Positions 1 to 14,818 are shown, counted from the stretch's first letter. The stretch: DNA of 64,000 nt from Epiperipatus broadwayi (GCA_028023455.1 JAQFVV010000006.1:7192001-7256000); one strand, 5' to 3'. Notes: generated by a model not told the origin, from the sequence alone. A program made the numbers and translations.

Positions 1-489
1 TCTCAATGATGTTTTGTTGCGTAGGAAGAATACTCTCAAACCAAAGCTCAAAATAGAGACTTCGAAAAAATAAAAGTGGCCTTCTTATCTTTGTACCTAA
101 ATTCACTTATATAGGCCAATCTAAAGCACCTTGGAATGAGAGTATACAGATTTTCCATTAATCACTTTACATCCATAAACTTTATTCCACCCATTAACTA
201 TCGTTAAATCTTCCAATTTGCTGCCTGTTAATATTATGAAATATCAGAATCTATATAACTCTATATTTAATTTACAAGCACAGTATTCATATATAATTTT
301 TAATCACAAGTGAATTACATCCTATACATATGCGCTGTAACAAAACATCATTGAGGTATTAAAACAATATTGTAACGCATGTGTATAGAGTGCAATTCTC
401 TTCTGATTAAATAGCCCTTTATTTTACAAACTTTATATATTTAATTGACATAAAATAAGCAAAAATATATTTATTTTTAACATGTATAT

Positions 490-760
490 TTAATTGAAGA
501 GGATTTGAACACAGATTTTTTAAGCTTTCATCAGCTATTCTCTCCGTTTTATATAACCAATGCACACGACCACACACATGTGAATAAGATAAAAGATCTG
601 CAAAATATGTATTTTGTGCTGAATCAGCATTCATCACTCAGTCCAGATCCCCATCTTCCTCATATATATATATAATCAATGTTCAGTTTATATTAACGCA
701 GCAAATCTTTAAACTTTATTGGATGGACTTCAATCCTCTCCAAAAACTATCATAACATTA
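490..760 (-). repeat. Single family P copy
   Basis: Collinear with 49745-50010 and 9722-9990. Confidence 0.85.
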
Positions 761-1881
761 GCAAACATGACTTTTCTTACACAGTCTAATTTTCATGTTA
801 TTGTAAAGATATTTTTCCATTAGTCACATACTTACTTTTATTAATACTGCATTAATTGCTTTTTTATTGATGATGCAAAATGCCATCTATTTCATACTGC
901 TATGTTTAAAGCTATTACAATTTCTATTACTTATAAAGATCGTTTTTGAAGGTCTACTGAAGATGTCAGATAAAAAAGCTTTGGATATCAATTATAAAAA
1001 GTTGTAATCATTAACGTAACATTTCAAGGATTAGAATATCGGCTTATTATTGACACGAAGGGATCAAATCAGATAAAACTTAGACTTCCCCCTTCAGATT
1101 CTAGGCAAACTTACTTTTTTTCGGGCATGTAAACATTTACATTGGAACCTACAATGAAGAAATGAAAGTGAAATTACATAAATGGAACATGTTGTGCAAA
1201 GATATGACAATTGATATAGACTTAAATCTGAATCCAGAACGTTTATATACTAGGTGGGTAATGGCTGGATCTTGTTTCAAAGTCATGGAGAACTTATGGA
1301 CTGAAAAAAAAAATTAGGAATAAATTTAGAGAAATCTGTCTGCAATGGAATGACAATCCTTAAAATTTCTGAAATAAGTCTCCATCTATTTTTCCCAAGA
1401 GAGAAAAGTAAAAAAACAAACAAACTATAAACTTTTACCACCAGGACATATTAATCCTGGAAAGAGAAAGTAATGCCTTATACCATATTGTTTCTTGTCA
1501 ATTTCTATCTCAGCTGCAAGCTATTGGGAGAAGTTTTATATTTACAAATCCATAGACAAGAAAATGAGGAATCAAAATAAGCTTTGGTTTTATTGTGAGC
1601 GAACTTTTTAGAAGCAGAACAAATAATAAAGAAATTATGGGCTGAATCTGAACTATTAAATTTCAATTCTCAAATATCACATGACATCCTAAGCAACAAA
1701 AAATTTGTCTCTTATTGATAAATAAATTTCATAATAAATTACTTATTTCTAAAATGACTAACAAATATTATTTAAGTGCGTTATTAGTTATTGAACTTTT
1801 ACGCTCATAAATGTCGTTTTTCTACAACGAAATGAACAAGTCTATTAACAAATCAAATAAAACAAAAAAAACATCACTTAC

Positions 1882-1953
1882 CTTATAGCTCACTCGCAGT
1901 GGGACCGCTGGAATTTTCATATAGAGAAACATATTATTCTGTTCAGCTCTTTT
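1882..1953 (-). CDS. BLTP2: BLTP2 exon (phase 0-0, last in window): KRAEQNNMFLYMKIPAVPLRVSYK
   Basis: Acceptor attaaacag and donor gtaagt. 72 nt. Matches [25 protein letters not shown]. No further exon found in 1-1881, so the gene continues left of the window. Confidence 0.95.
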
Positions 1954-3009
1954 CTGTTTAATATAAACATAAACGTAAGAGTAAATACATATAGGCAAAC
2001 ATGTTCTTGTTTATAAGAGATTAGAATATATACAATAATATTATAAAAATGGAGGTTTATGTTATTTCTTTTGTGAATATTTTTGTGGAATAAATAAAAT
2101 GTCAAAAACATGTATATAAAAACATTCCAAATTACAATAATAACAACAATTATCTCCATTAAAATGTTAAAGTAAATACGGAAACAAAAATAAAAGGAAA
2201 TATGTAAACTCAAAGAATAAACTCATAATTAATGAATAATAACAACAATTATTTATTAAACAATATATATAAAAGAGAGGTGAAGGAAAAGGAGGAGGAT
2301 GAAGAGAGGAAGAAAAATGATTTTATTGTTCAGGAGTACATAAGGAGTGTCAGAACTGGAATTGACCTGAGGTCTTATGCTCCAAAATTTAATACTTTAT
2401 CGCTGCTCTGAACCATGCAAGGCTAATTACGATTAATAGTAACGACAAAAAAAGATTAAAAGTTCGAAGAAGTTCAAATAACAACTTGGTATAAGGAAAT
2501 ATGGTTATAATCTTTAATTAGTATAAAATTTTAATTAAACGTAGCTTCTGTTTGTTCGACCTCTGGAGTTTGGACAGTGATAAAATGATAATGAAAAGTT
2601 AAAAAATGCTGAACTGACATACAATTTCTGATGCTTAAATGCAACAAACCATTCTATTGTTATTCTGGTAACATTTCATGCTATTTAACAGTGAAAACAT
2701 GTTTTGCAATTTTCATATGTAAACCCTCTTTTATCATTTATAAGATATCCTGGCTTTAAAATGCTCATGAAGAAAACTTCCATATTTGTAAGACAATATT
2801 AGTAGATAAAGATTTTCAGGTTTTTAAAAGGACATGTTTTTATGCAAATTTCTTCATTTTGATAAAATTAGTTCCACCATATTGGATGTGAAATTCTTAT
2901 GCAGAATAAATCAAATGTATTAATATAAAAATATTTCAGATTTTCTACTTAATAGTTATCCATTAGATAAAGAGTTGGGCTTCCCCTGGTATTTTGAATC
3001 TAATGCTTG

Positions 3010-3070
3010 AATATCCTAGCACCTCACTGAGGAGGCCAGTAGCAGAAACTGGTCTGGGGTTGGGGATATT
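3010..3070 (+). ncRNA. Minimal type I hammerhead motif, family A
   Basis: aauaucc..ACCUCA-CUGAGGA-GGCCAGUAGCA-GAA-ACUGGU-C-UGGGGU..ggauauu, with an extended stem I. Relatives at 51033-51100 (-) and 34635-34685 (-). Confidence 0.6.
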
Positions 3071-6000
3071 TGCAAAGCTTGTTAAGAAATATTTGCGAGC
3101 TCTATATATAACATTAGATAAAGATTTTACAATGATTAATTTTTTATATAGCAAAATAATTTCAGAAATGATCTGATTTCAATTTCCCACTTTTTTTTCA
3201 ATACTATTTTATTTTTAAATTATTCTGATAGTTTCAATTGAATAATGATCTTCATCAGGGAAAAGAAAATATAATAGTTTTGGTGAAACCTGCTTGTCAT
3301 TTAAAACAGATAGGATATTTTAAAAATATTATTGAAAAAAAGGTGTGATAATGAGTTAATTAATATATGAAGATATACATAAATCAATAAAAAAGAAATG
3401 AACTGGATGTTCATATAATAAAATAACATATTTATGGACAATCTGACTCTAAAGCATGATGGACTTCCTTCCTTCTTGTTATCAGCTTTTTTTGGCAAAA
3501 TAAAGTAGGGATAGCACTTTTCATTACACAGTCAAACAGATTAATATTTTAATTGTTTACAACTAAAAAGAGTGTATATATGAAGTACAGTGAATGCAAT
3601 ATATATATATATAACTTTAATATACAAATTATAAATGTTTAAAAAACTGGAATGAACCAGTAATGGCTACAATGTGGTTTACAAATGTACAAACTACAAA
3701 TGGTATCCCATACTGCTTCTAAGAATAGTATTTGTTTTATATAAATATCATTTCAAATTTGATTTTTTAAAAAGTTATAACACCTATTAAAGTGTTTGTA
3801 TAAAAATATAGCTATAAAATTGAAAAAATAAAGAAATAAATTTACTTTTAATTGGATTCAATTGATAACTTGCTTATAATCAATTATTATAATGAAATAA
3901 ATTTACCTTTTATTACTGTTGCTATTAGTTATAACACATTTTATAATATTAATTTTAAAAAATAAAAAAAACAATCATTTAAAAAAGCTGAAAAAAATTT
4001 AAAGCCATTTAGACTACAAGTGGTATGAGATATCACTAAATGAGAAAAGATGAGTATAAAATTTAAACTATACAAGCTAAATGGAACTAATTTAAATTTT
4101 GCAAAATTAATGTATACTTAGCTGGTATCAAGAAGTACATTTGTTTCATTTAAAAAATAATGTGAAATTAAGTCATTTGAAAATTTATTAGTGTTATAAT
4201 CAACAGTTTGCAGCCATTGCAAATTAATATTAATTAGGATTAGTCATTTGACTTTTTTTAAAAAATATTATCCAATCATTAATTTATTAGAAAAGTAAAA
4301 AAAAAGAGGATATTTACTTGCTTATGATTTTTTTTTCTCACTTATCTCTGAAAATTTTAATGGCTTTTAACAGCCGAGAGGTATCGGAGCCGCCATGCAA
4401 GCAAGTAGTTGGTTGCAGACGGTTGTGAGTCCGTGTCCCGGCCGATGCTATGACATATGAAAAAAAAAAAAAAAAATATCTTTTTTTTTAAAACTTATAG
4501 CAAAGTGAGAAAAAGTAAGACAATGAAATTAATGTTTTCTACAGTTAAAAACACAGTCATTGTATTCCTGAATTATAAAAAATAAAAAAGAAAAGATATG
4601 ATTGTTATTATTTTTAACAAAAAAAAAAAAAGATTCAAATTAAAAAAAAAAAAATCAGCACGAATAAAATATATTAGAATTATGATTTACCAATGAAAGA
4701 TGCCAAAAAATGGCAGTTTGAAAAATGATAGATGCAGATGAGTGAAATAAACATTTACGAAAGAAAATTCATTGTAGACCTATATTTATATGTTAAATGA
4801 TATATTTATTTTTAATAGAAAAATCAGTGATTATAAAGATTTAAAAAATATGATGATTTCTAGTCTAACAAAATGTTATTAATCAATATTTAACCCTTTA
4901 GTTGTATATATATATTTTGGGAATCCCTAGTGGTAGGCTGGATTAAAATTACAACTTTTTATATGATCAAATTTATTTCTATTCTTTATTATATTTTCAG
5001 AAATTTTGAATTATTTGTTAGAAATATATGTTTACAAACAAAAATTATTCTTAGAAAAATTATTTCAACTTTGCAAATATAGGAAAAAAATTTTGAATGG
5101 ATATTTGTAACAGGATTTACAAAGAATGCCAAGCTTTTTCTTATTGAATGGACATGAGATTGCTGATATATTAAATTAAAAAAAAATCAGAATTATTCTA
5201 ACTCAATTTGTTAAAACCTAAAAAAATTATCATTCACATTACTTAAAACTAACAAAGTTCTATTTAAAATACGATTTATAATTAAAAAAAGAGATAAATC
5301 TGCTACAGCCAATATGAAAAGGGTTCTTTATCAACCAATTGCAAGTTATAGTCTTATGTTATTGATTTCTCTTGAATTGTCTTCTAGTAAAAGTAAATGT
5401 TCCAAATAAAATCTGAATTTAATCATATTATTCTTCTATAAAATGAATATTCCACCAATATTTTATGAAAAATAATCTTACATATGTAAGTGAACTACAG
5501 AAAATATATCAATTTTAAAATATAACAAAAAAATAAATATACTCAAAGCTCTAGCAAGTTCTGTTGTGGACAGAACAGGAAACTACTAATAAACAACATT
5601 ATAAAGTGGAAATCAGCTTATTTGTAAAATATTCTCTTAATTATACAGTGGTGCAAAGCACTGCACTGTATCTAACTGCACAATTTCAATTATATACTAT
5701 CCAAAGAAAAAATGTAAAGAAGCAAACAAAAATATAAATAAAAAAAACTAAAATTTACAAATTTTACAATATTCAATTAGCCAGTTTTTCTTCCGTGACT
5801 CCAAAATGTGATCATGTTTTAAAAAAACCTTAAAATTTGTGAATAAAGTTTACAATAATGCTGGTAACCATTTTTCCAATTCAGAGAACTATACATAATT
5901 ATATTAATTAATAAAATCCATGTGGTATATGTTGAAAGCACATATATTTTATTCTTCCTTTATTACCCTTTCTGAATTTGATGTGCAGTAGTTTGTTATA

Positions 6001-9000
6001 AAAAACATTTTCCGAGCATAATACTAAAAGTTTTACAAAATTTTAAAATATACTAAAAGTTGACAATGATTTAAAAATATCAAAACAATGAGAGAACCTA
6101 ATTTCTTGAGAATAAGACTACTATTATGTTTCTATAAGAGAAAAAAGAAGTTATTCAGAAAACAAAAAGGAATATTTCCCAGAGCGTATTCAATAGCAAT
6201 AAAAGTCAGACATTTTGGTATTTACTTTATTTTAAAAATAAAAATACAGCAATGAGCCCTCCCCCCAATAACTCTTGTTGCTTCAGTGAATGCATGGAAG
6301 AATGCATTCAGAAAAATATATATGAATGTGTCCCTTCAATTTATTATTAATAATTATATTATTATAATTTTTTAAAATTTTACTTATACTATAATCTTAA
6401 TTTATATGTACATATGAAAAAAGTGGATATGCTTTGCAGTTCAATGAACAATATGTAATCTATTCTAGTCAATGGGTGTCAACAAAACATGAGCTATTAT
6501 ATGTTGTCTGCATTTGTACATGAAGGAGATTTGAAATAAAATATATAATGTAGTTTGCGACTCTGCTGAGTTGACGTCTTGAGATTCTTATTTGAATTAA
6601 TAAATCCCTCCTATTTTAGTTTCAGTTTTTCAATCAAATGATACAAAAGCAATAAATAGCCCTAACGATAGTGTAACAGTCAGAAAACGTGTGACTCGTA
6701 AACATAGTGCAGAATTCGACCACCACACAGAACAGCAGCACCAGTGAGGTAGTGAAGCCACCCGTGGTACTGAGTTCGAACATAGTTTATCGGTTCACCA
6801 ATACAATCCACGAAACAACGTATCTGATGCGACATTAGTAAATATTTCTTTAGGCACGGTGGTCAGGGATATGCAAGAGATTCATGATTTTATTCTCGAG
6901 TTAGCCAATAATCAAACTAATATTAATTAAACATTCATATTTACATAATCGAGGAAATATTATATAGAATGGGTATCGAATAAATGAAACGTAACTGCAG
7001 ACGTATAGTTTAAAATTATTTATTAACACATTTTAATAAGATCATTTACTAATAATATTTTATGGATTAAAAGCTTCAGTAGCAGGATTGGCGACATGAT
7101 TATATTTTAAAGAATACATTGATTTATTTGTTTACAAAAGGAATTTGTTTATTTGAAGGCGTAATCTAGCTACCTAAAATTCTCGAGTAAGTATTTCTAA
7201 TGCATGCCTGGAGGGATTTATACCTTTGCAATGCAAGAGTCTAAAGTAAGATTTAAGAGTAGTGGCAGACATATATTTATTTAATTAAATATTTATTTTA
7301 TGACTAAGGCAAACATTTATTTGAGAGTGAATTATGAAGATAATGCAGAGGTGGAGTGATATATAGAATAATAAAATTAAGTAAAGGAACACGTACGCTT
7401 TAGAAAGGCGATATGGAATGGCAGTATATCGAACCTGCAATGCCGTGAATGAGTTTATAAGAATGTCGGGCTGGTCTCTGCCATTGGCCCGACGAAGTAA
7501 GGTGTCACATAAGCATAACCAGGGACAAGCAGTCCATGTCGCAGTTTGCCGGCTGGCTGCATGACGTCGTCAAGTCCTACGGGAGCATTTATTATGTCCA
7601 CTTGTGTAGGACGACTTGGGTTAATTTCAACCCTGAAGAATCCGGAAATTTCACGGCGGAATGGGCCATTGCATCTCCAAAACGTAACACATGTATAATG
7701 TATAAACGATTATGATGAGATTTAAATAGATTTCTAACTCGGCCCTACATTATCAACATTTACTAAAGAACGTTGGCGACTCTCAAAGAAATGTAATCTT
7801 CTAGAATTATTCATTAAGATTTAATAAATACAAAACATATGTAAACTGGGAGTTATTACAACTAATATGCCAGCCATTTGTGAAGTAGTAGACCCTGCAT
7901 TACAATAAATGATGCATTGAATGCATGTTGATTTATATGAAAGTTAAGTTATTTAGGAAAGTAAATATTAATGAAAATTTGATGCGCATTCATTGTTTCA
8001 AGCGATCATAGATTTAAACTTTGCAAATTGAGACAATTATGAGCATGCAATAATTAAATAATAACTATAGATAAAAATGTAGATTTTAGAAATACGCACC
8101 CAAGAAAGATAGAGTGAGGTAAGCTAGATTATTAGAGAAATTTACACATTAAGTTAATTATTCAGTTTTAGTTATACATATGGTAGTTTTTACATTTTAT
8201 AATTTAGATAAGTAGTATGAAGAGCTATAGCATATTATTAGAGTACTCTAGAGTTTGAACGCAGACAGGTACCTGTTTTATAAGAAGTTTTCTGATTCCA
8301 TTAGTTTAGTAGCAAAAGGTTCGTGATTAGCAGTTCTTTCTTGTATTTAGGCGTTTCATTTATTTTAACAGCAGCAACAGCTTTCTCATTTATTTCAGGC
8401 AGCAGATCTTCATGGTGAATTTATGACGGGCAATGGAAAGTTTGGCATCCGATAGGCCAGCTCCCGATGGAGAATAATCTAGGTGCTTTTACTCGGTCAT
8501 ACCTTGGCAGGAACAATTTATTTTTATATTTTGGAGACTCTCAGTGATCGAGAGCAAAGCTAAAGTTTAAGTGAATGTCTCCAGCAAGTCTAAGATGGCC
8601 TCTTTTCTTATCTTGATCTTTCACATTTTTGTTAAGGCATTTTTAGGTTCTACTTAATCTGCCCTGAGGCTAATCAATGCATTTTGTTGGTTTTAATTAT
8701 AAAGAAAGCTGTCGTTCTATTGTTTACATTTTACATTTACTAATTACATTTTTGGGGAATTTTTCTTTAATTAATCTATTATCTAACACTGACCGATGCT
8801 TTTAAATTTCAAAGACAAAAAGGGAACATAAGATTATTTTAACTTTTAATTAAATATTACATCAGATTTTTTTTAGAATTATTATTAAACGAAATTTAAA
8901 CAAAGCAATAAATACGAACTTTATAATCCAAAATAAATGATTAAAATTATACAAAATTATATAACTAAAAGAAATCTAAATTATATTATTTTATCCCTAT

Positions 9001-9721
9001 TTATTGCCTTTAATTTGAGATCAAAATGTGTGCGTGTTTATGCTGAATTCTACATATATTTATACATTTTTAATATTGCTACACACACAATTCGATACCA
9101 AAAAGTTTAAATTTGGGCAGGATAGACCGGTCAGTGAGAGACGACAAAAAAAGGTGAAACTTAAGATTCAAATACGAATCTTACTGTTTCAATAGCTGCA
9201 AAAGAATGATACTAAAGGACAGTAACACCAGACACACATTACAGCGTCTCCCCATCAGGGGCAGTTTAAAAGTCATACTGAAAGGCTTCTAAAGCTAAAG
9301 ATATTTATATAACACATATTAAATAAGTATAGATGCAAAGAAATTTGATATCAGGCAACTTTTGAGTTTGATCTAACAGAAGAAACAGGTTCAGTCTGAA
9401 TAGACATTAAGAGCTAATTGTATATATTTTTCCATTGACTGCGAAGTAAATTCAAAATGTTAGGGCAATAGTGGTAATTTTATAACATTGAAAATAAACA
9501 AAAATTTCAACATTATTGTCAGGAATAGAAAACAACAACAACAAAAAATGTGAAACTGAATACAAATTGCAAAAAAAATTATATTAACAGTGTGATTAAT
9601 TAAAAAAAATACATACATATACTTATTAACAACGTCACTATTTTATGGGATCATCATTAATAATACACAGAATATAACATATTTAAATACATATATATTT
9701 TCTATACTGAACTTAATGTAG

Positions 9722-10250
9722 TTATAAGGCAATTGAATACAGAATTTCAAACTCTCAACACCTATCCAATTCATCTTATACAACCAATACCCATGACCAC
9801 ATATATGTGAAAAAGATAAATGATCTCCAATATACATATTCTGTGCTGAACCATCATTCATCAGTTGATCCAGAACATAATCACCCATATATATATAATC
9901 AGTGCTCAGTTTATATTAAGATAGAAAATCTTCAAACTTTAATGGACACACTTCAATCTTCTCCACTCTCCAACTCTTCATCCATCCATATCATCTTCGG
10001 ATTTTCAAGCTTGTCCATTAAAGTTTGAAGATTTGCTATCTTAATATAAACTGAGTACTGATTATATATGTGGGTGGGAGATGATGATCTGGACCAACTG
10101 AGGAGTGCTAGTTCAGCAGGAAATATGTACATTGTAGATCATTTATCTTTTTCACATGTATGTGGTCATGTATATCGGTTGTATAAGATGGATTGGATAG
10201 CTGTAGGGAGTTTGAAAGTCTGTGTTCCAAGTCCCTTATAATTAGAATAT
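9722..10250. repeat. Family P fold-back element (about 230-bp arms, about 63-nt spacer)
   Basis: 9722-9948 is inverted to 10012-10245. Homologous to 490-760 and 49755-50292. Confidence 0.92.
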
Positions 10251-10485
10251 AAAATGTATAAAAGAAAAAATATATACAATTATCGGAGTAAAAAAGGAAG
10301 AGAAAAAGAGAGAAGAAAAAAATACATAAACAGATTTTAATTGGACTATTACTTATACTTTTATTATTGAACATTTATAAATTATATTATGAATTATTTA
10401 ACTCTGCAAAGAAAATATACTACAATAAATTTTGTAGTAACAGATAATTCCACAAGATGTCACTCATATATTAATCAAAACTTAC

Positions 10486-10545
10486 CTTCATTTTCTCAAT
10501 ATCATCAATTTCCTGAGTTTGCTTTTGAACGGCTTTTCTTTTTAA
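10486..10545 (-). CDS. BLTP2: BLTP2 exon (phase 0-0): LKRKAVQKQTQEIDDIEKMK
   Basis: Acceptor (T12)gaatag and donor gtaagt. 60 nt. DDIEKMK matches the conserved DDIDKMKERA. Confidence 0.93.
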
Positions 10546-10863
10546 CTATTCAAAAAAAAAAAAGAAGAATTAACTTAATAACATAAAATAACAGAGATTT
10601 ATACTATGATTGAAAAATTTAAGAGCTACATCATTCTTTAAATAGACAAATGCAAGCAATATCTAATAAGTGCTTGCAAATGGTTTAGAAAAAAAAGTGC
10701 GTGTGTGTTAAAATTTCGGCTAGAAGAAAAAGCCCAAATAAATTCTAGCCCGCCAATGGTATCCACTAACAGAACTAATTATAAAAACATTGTAATGTTA
10801 AAATAATTACATGGCATGTTTTCAGTTACATTTCTTTACTTATTTTTTCTATGTCGTATACAA

Positions 10864-11192
10864 TGCATCTTAGGAGTAGTAAGAAGAAATCGAAACACAT
10901 GGATGAGAGAACAAACAGATGTTACTGACATCATTAAAAAAAATAAGAGACTGAAGTGGAATTAGCCTGGAAATATTTCTAGAAGAAATGATAATATATG
11001 GACAATTGAAATCGTAAACGGGATTCCAAAAGATTGTAAAAGACTCTGAAAGAGATCACATGCGAGATAGATGGATGAAATAAGAAAATGCGCTTGGGTG
11101 ATGTGAAAAAGAGAGGCTAGAGATCAGACCAAAATTGATTAAATTTGGCAAGACCATTCTGTAGTGGATCAATAATGATTTAAAATGATGAG
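10864..11192 (+). mobile_element. RTE LINE 3' fragment (degenerate copy of the 16.3-16.8 kb family)
   Basis: Collinear similarity to 16450-16785 (gagaacaaacag.tgttactgac...tgaagtggaatt...). Confidence 0.85.
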
Positions 11193-12115
11193 ATATATAT
11201 ACTGAAGATATGCTACATATCATATCTTTGATGACATTAGCAACTACTTACAAATGATTATGACTATTCTGATCCTAAAAAAAATAATAATAGAAAAACA
11301 AATAATAATGTATGAGAAATGAGTTTTGTGATGATTATGCAAACATCAACATACAGAAAATGCTTGCCATTATTCTGTTTGTTTGATATTTTGCAGACAA
11401 CTTTTCATTTTGAAAGATTTTAGCATCTCGCCTAATTGTAGCTCTTCACTGTATTCTATTCTCACCCACATCTTCTCAATGAAAACAATTAACACTGTAC
11501 TTATTTAAAATGTTTCTGAGATAGTCCTTATAACACAGCATGTGGGGTCTACTTCTCCACAACGACTATACTAGAGATCTCTATAAAACATCCGCTGAGG
11601 AAGACTTGCATTGGTCATTCTTTTGCATGTCCAATCAAATGAAGTCAAGATTTTACTACAGTGCATATGCTTAGAGTGTAAATCCCTTGTTTAAATTACG
11701 TATGATCTCTGCACTAGTAATAAAATTCAATATTACATAATTTCTAATAATTTGTAATATTAACATATAGTAAATTGAAAATTTTGGTATACATTAATAC
11801 ACAGGAAGAGATTAAAGGATGTAAAGTGAATAAATAAACATCTTCAAACTAAGACACTTTAGATTGGCCTATATAATTAAATTTAGGTTCAAATGATAAG
11901 ATGACTGCTCTTAATTTTAAAAAATCATTATCTTATGCTTTGGTTTGAAAATATCCCCAGTAATCAACGAGATCATCAAGACATCACTGAGCTATTATAA
12001 CAAAGGGTACTACATATGTGCTTAGGGTGTAAATCCATTGCTTAAATTATATATGACCTCTGTACTAGTAAATAAAATTGAATACAGTAGACCCTGCAAC
12101 TGAGATCATGTAATG

Positions 12116-12276
12116 TAAATAAACTATTAAAAGACATGATGCCACCTATCTTTTAGTTATAATTATTTATTACACAGTAGAATTTTAAATGAGAATGAAT
12201 CACATTTATTTAAATAAACTATTAAAAGACATGATGCCACCTATCTTTTAGTTATAATTATTTATTACACAGTAGA
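12116..12276. repeat. 66-bp perfect direct duplication (period 95)
   Basis: 12116-12181 equals 12211-12276. Confidence 0.93.
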
Positions 12277-14239
12277 CTTTCTAATAGCATATCTAGCAAG
12301 TGGAAGAATTGATTCTTAACAGTGTATTTTAAAATTTTTAAAAGTATTCTTAAACAAAAATTTTCAATTGCCTTATTATCACATTTGTAGAGATCGGCGT
12401 CTCCCTTTCATATAATAAATTAGTAAAATAACTGCTCTCTAAGTAACAAATTTAGTTGCAGTATTATATTGCTGAATAGAATATTTTATCTTTTAACTGA
12501 TTAAAAGCGGTAGCAGTACATTTATGTTTGTGCTGCATCTCAACATCCCATGTAAAGTGGCATGCTTGCAGATACAGTATATATATTTACGTGATGAAGA
12601 GAAGTCTTTGGATGACATCGATGAGAGATCACTCAACTACATTAAAGCTTCAAAAGATCGATTATTATTTTAAATTAATTTTTGAACTAGAAGGAAACCA
12701 GGCCATAGAGAGAGAAAAAGATTATCCGTTAGCATTTAATTGCAATGCATCAAAGCCACACAGTAAATTTTTAAAAAATCACTATAGTGACCAAATAAAA
12801 TGCCAGTCCGTAAATGAGTCAGATCTTTTTAGGAATTTATCTTATCTACAGGTAAAAGTTTGAAATTGTTATCTTTAGTATAAAAGTGCAATTTAATAGC
12901 AATTATCATTTTGCATGATAATAATATATGCAGATGGTCTTTTGTTCGGTACTTTGTAAAAACTTCGAGCACTGAAAGTGATGGTGCAAAAATTGTGATC
13001 TGTGGATCTTCAGCTCCAGAGACCACCACTCTGTCAGTCACTATATCAGAGGTGTTCAAAACATGGTGCACGGGCTATTTGCAACATACAATAGAGGTTT
13101 GATACTGCAAAATTGATATAAATAATTAAATAAATGGATTTGAACTATCTCAAAGCTCTCACTGAAGGAGTATAATTATTTTATCTTGGCTACTGTTTCA
13201 ACAAAAACTTTTACAAAAATCATAAATTTTCTTTTTATGATATTTTCGAATGTAATACATTTATTATTTTAGATGCGGATCTTGGGTTACTTAAGGTTGA
13301 ATAGCCTCTCACTAAACCATGCAGGATATTTTGCTGTAATAAGTGGCATCTTTGCAAGATGTCTACTAAACTGATTGAAGAGTCAACAGGTGGCATAACT
13401 AAACTTCACAGACTGATTGGAATAATCATCATAAATCTCAGATCTAATGTTACGTTCTTTGTCTTTCTACCTTTTCGCTGTTAAATCGGAATAGCTCTAC
13501 ATAATTCTAAGTGTCAGCTAATGATGTCAAGAACAATAAGGTAGCACAAGTATTTCTTGAAAAAAGTAAAAATCAAAAAAAATATTGAGAACTTTGTAAT
13601 GGAAATGCTGATGATAAAATTACTGAGAAGCAAAAGCATTGAAGAAATGATCATCTTAAAAATTTCTGACATTCTATCAAGACCCACAGATTCACAGTGG
13701 CTAAATAATATTTTGCAAACACATTCGTGGTGTGTGGGAGATTGTCAGAAAGCTGGGAAGTTTAAAACTTTAAAATCAGGAATGACAAAAAGACATTTGC
13801 TTTGTTACATAGAGTACTTTAATATGAACAATAGGTATAAAATTAGCAAATAATTATTACAGTAATATATGTATATAAATTAAAAGAATATAGTATATGC
13901 AGTGAGTACTTTTAGCAAGTTATCATTAGCAGCATCAGTAGATCTCACAATAAGAAATCTATCCTGACTAGGACAAAATAGTGCTGTCTCAGACCTACCA
14001 CTTTTTCTACCAAATGTAAGTTCTAACACTTTAGAGATTTTAAAATTACCAAAACATTATTCATCGCACCCGGCAGAATTGTCTCATAATAACAAACTAT
14101 CTGCTTAAAAACAATTCACTGAAATTATGGTACCATTTTTAAACCATGACCCTCACTGTTTTGACAGCCATACAGAGACTTTAAATTTGAATAGATGTGC
14201 AGAAGATGTATGATAAACAAGGTGATGTGATAAAATCTC

Positions 14240-14818
14240 TATCTAATGCCTACTCATCCAATATCCCCAGATGTGGCCTTCGTCAGTGAGGAGCTTTGGA
14301 TCTGAGAGCACTGCACCCAGATCTTAGGATCTAATGCAACCCTCCAGCAACCACCTTTTATCTCTACTTAACTATAAAACTCTGAGAATGAAATTGAAAA
14401 CACAAAAATATTTTCAATCTAAATCAATAGCTTATATAGTCATATGGGTCTGAACTCAGTTCAGCACTCATACATTTTGATGTCTTTGGCTCTTTAACAA
14501 CCATAGCCACCACTATCCTATTAAGCAGGATTGGTGTTAAACCATAAAGCATCACATGATCACTATCTCTTATACTAGCACATAATTGTTTATAAACAAG
14601 GCAAAACTCTCTATACAGTACTGCCACCCTATGCCAACCAGAGTAATCAATGGATGCCAGAAGGCTTGTGCATAAAATCCCTATGTAATGCCTACTCATC
14701 CAATATCCCCAGACTAGTTTCTGGCTTGTGGCCTTCGTCAGGGTGGCAGTACTGTATAGAGAGTTTTGCCTTGTTTAAAAACAATTATGTGCTAGTATAA
14801 CAGATAATGATCATGTGA
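14240..14818. repeat. Family H cluster: partial copy 14240-14357 plus fold-back 14553-14630 / 14740-14818
   Basis: Same sequence as 31.2-31.6 kb. The first copy lacks ctagtttctggct. Confidence 0.92.
14707..14741 (-). ncRNA. Family H hammerhead motif with intact core, 5' strand of stem I lost at a fold-back junction
   Basis: CUGACGA-AGGCCACAAGCCA-GAAACUAGUC-UGGGG. The upstream CCUCA is replaced by inverted sequence. Confidence 0.65.

Noticed and set aside
12530-13850. ORFs of 63-111 aa with an IIYADGLLF motif
   Set aside because: At most a very decayed LINE RT. No consistent frame or splice signals, so not called.
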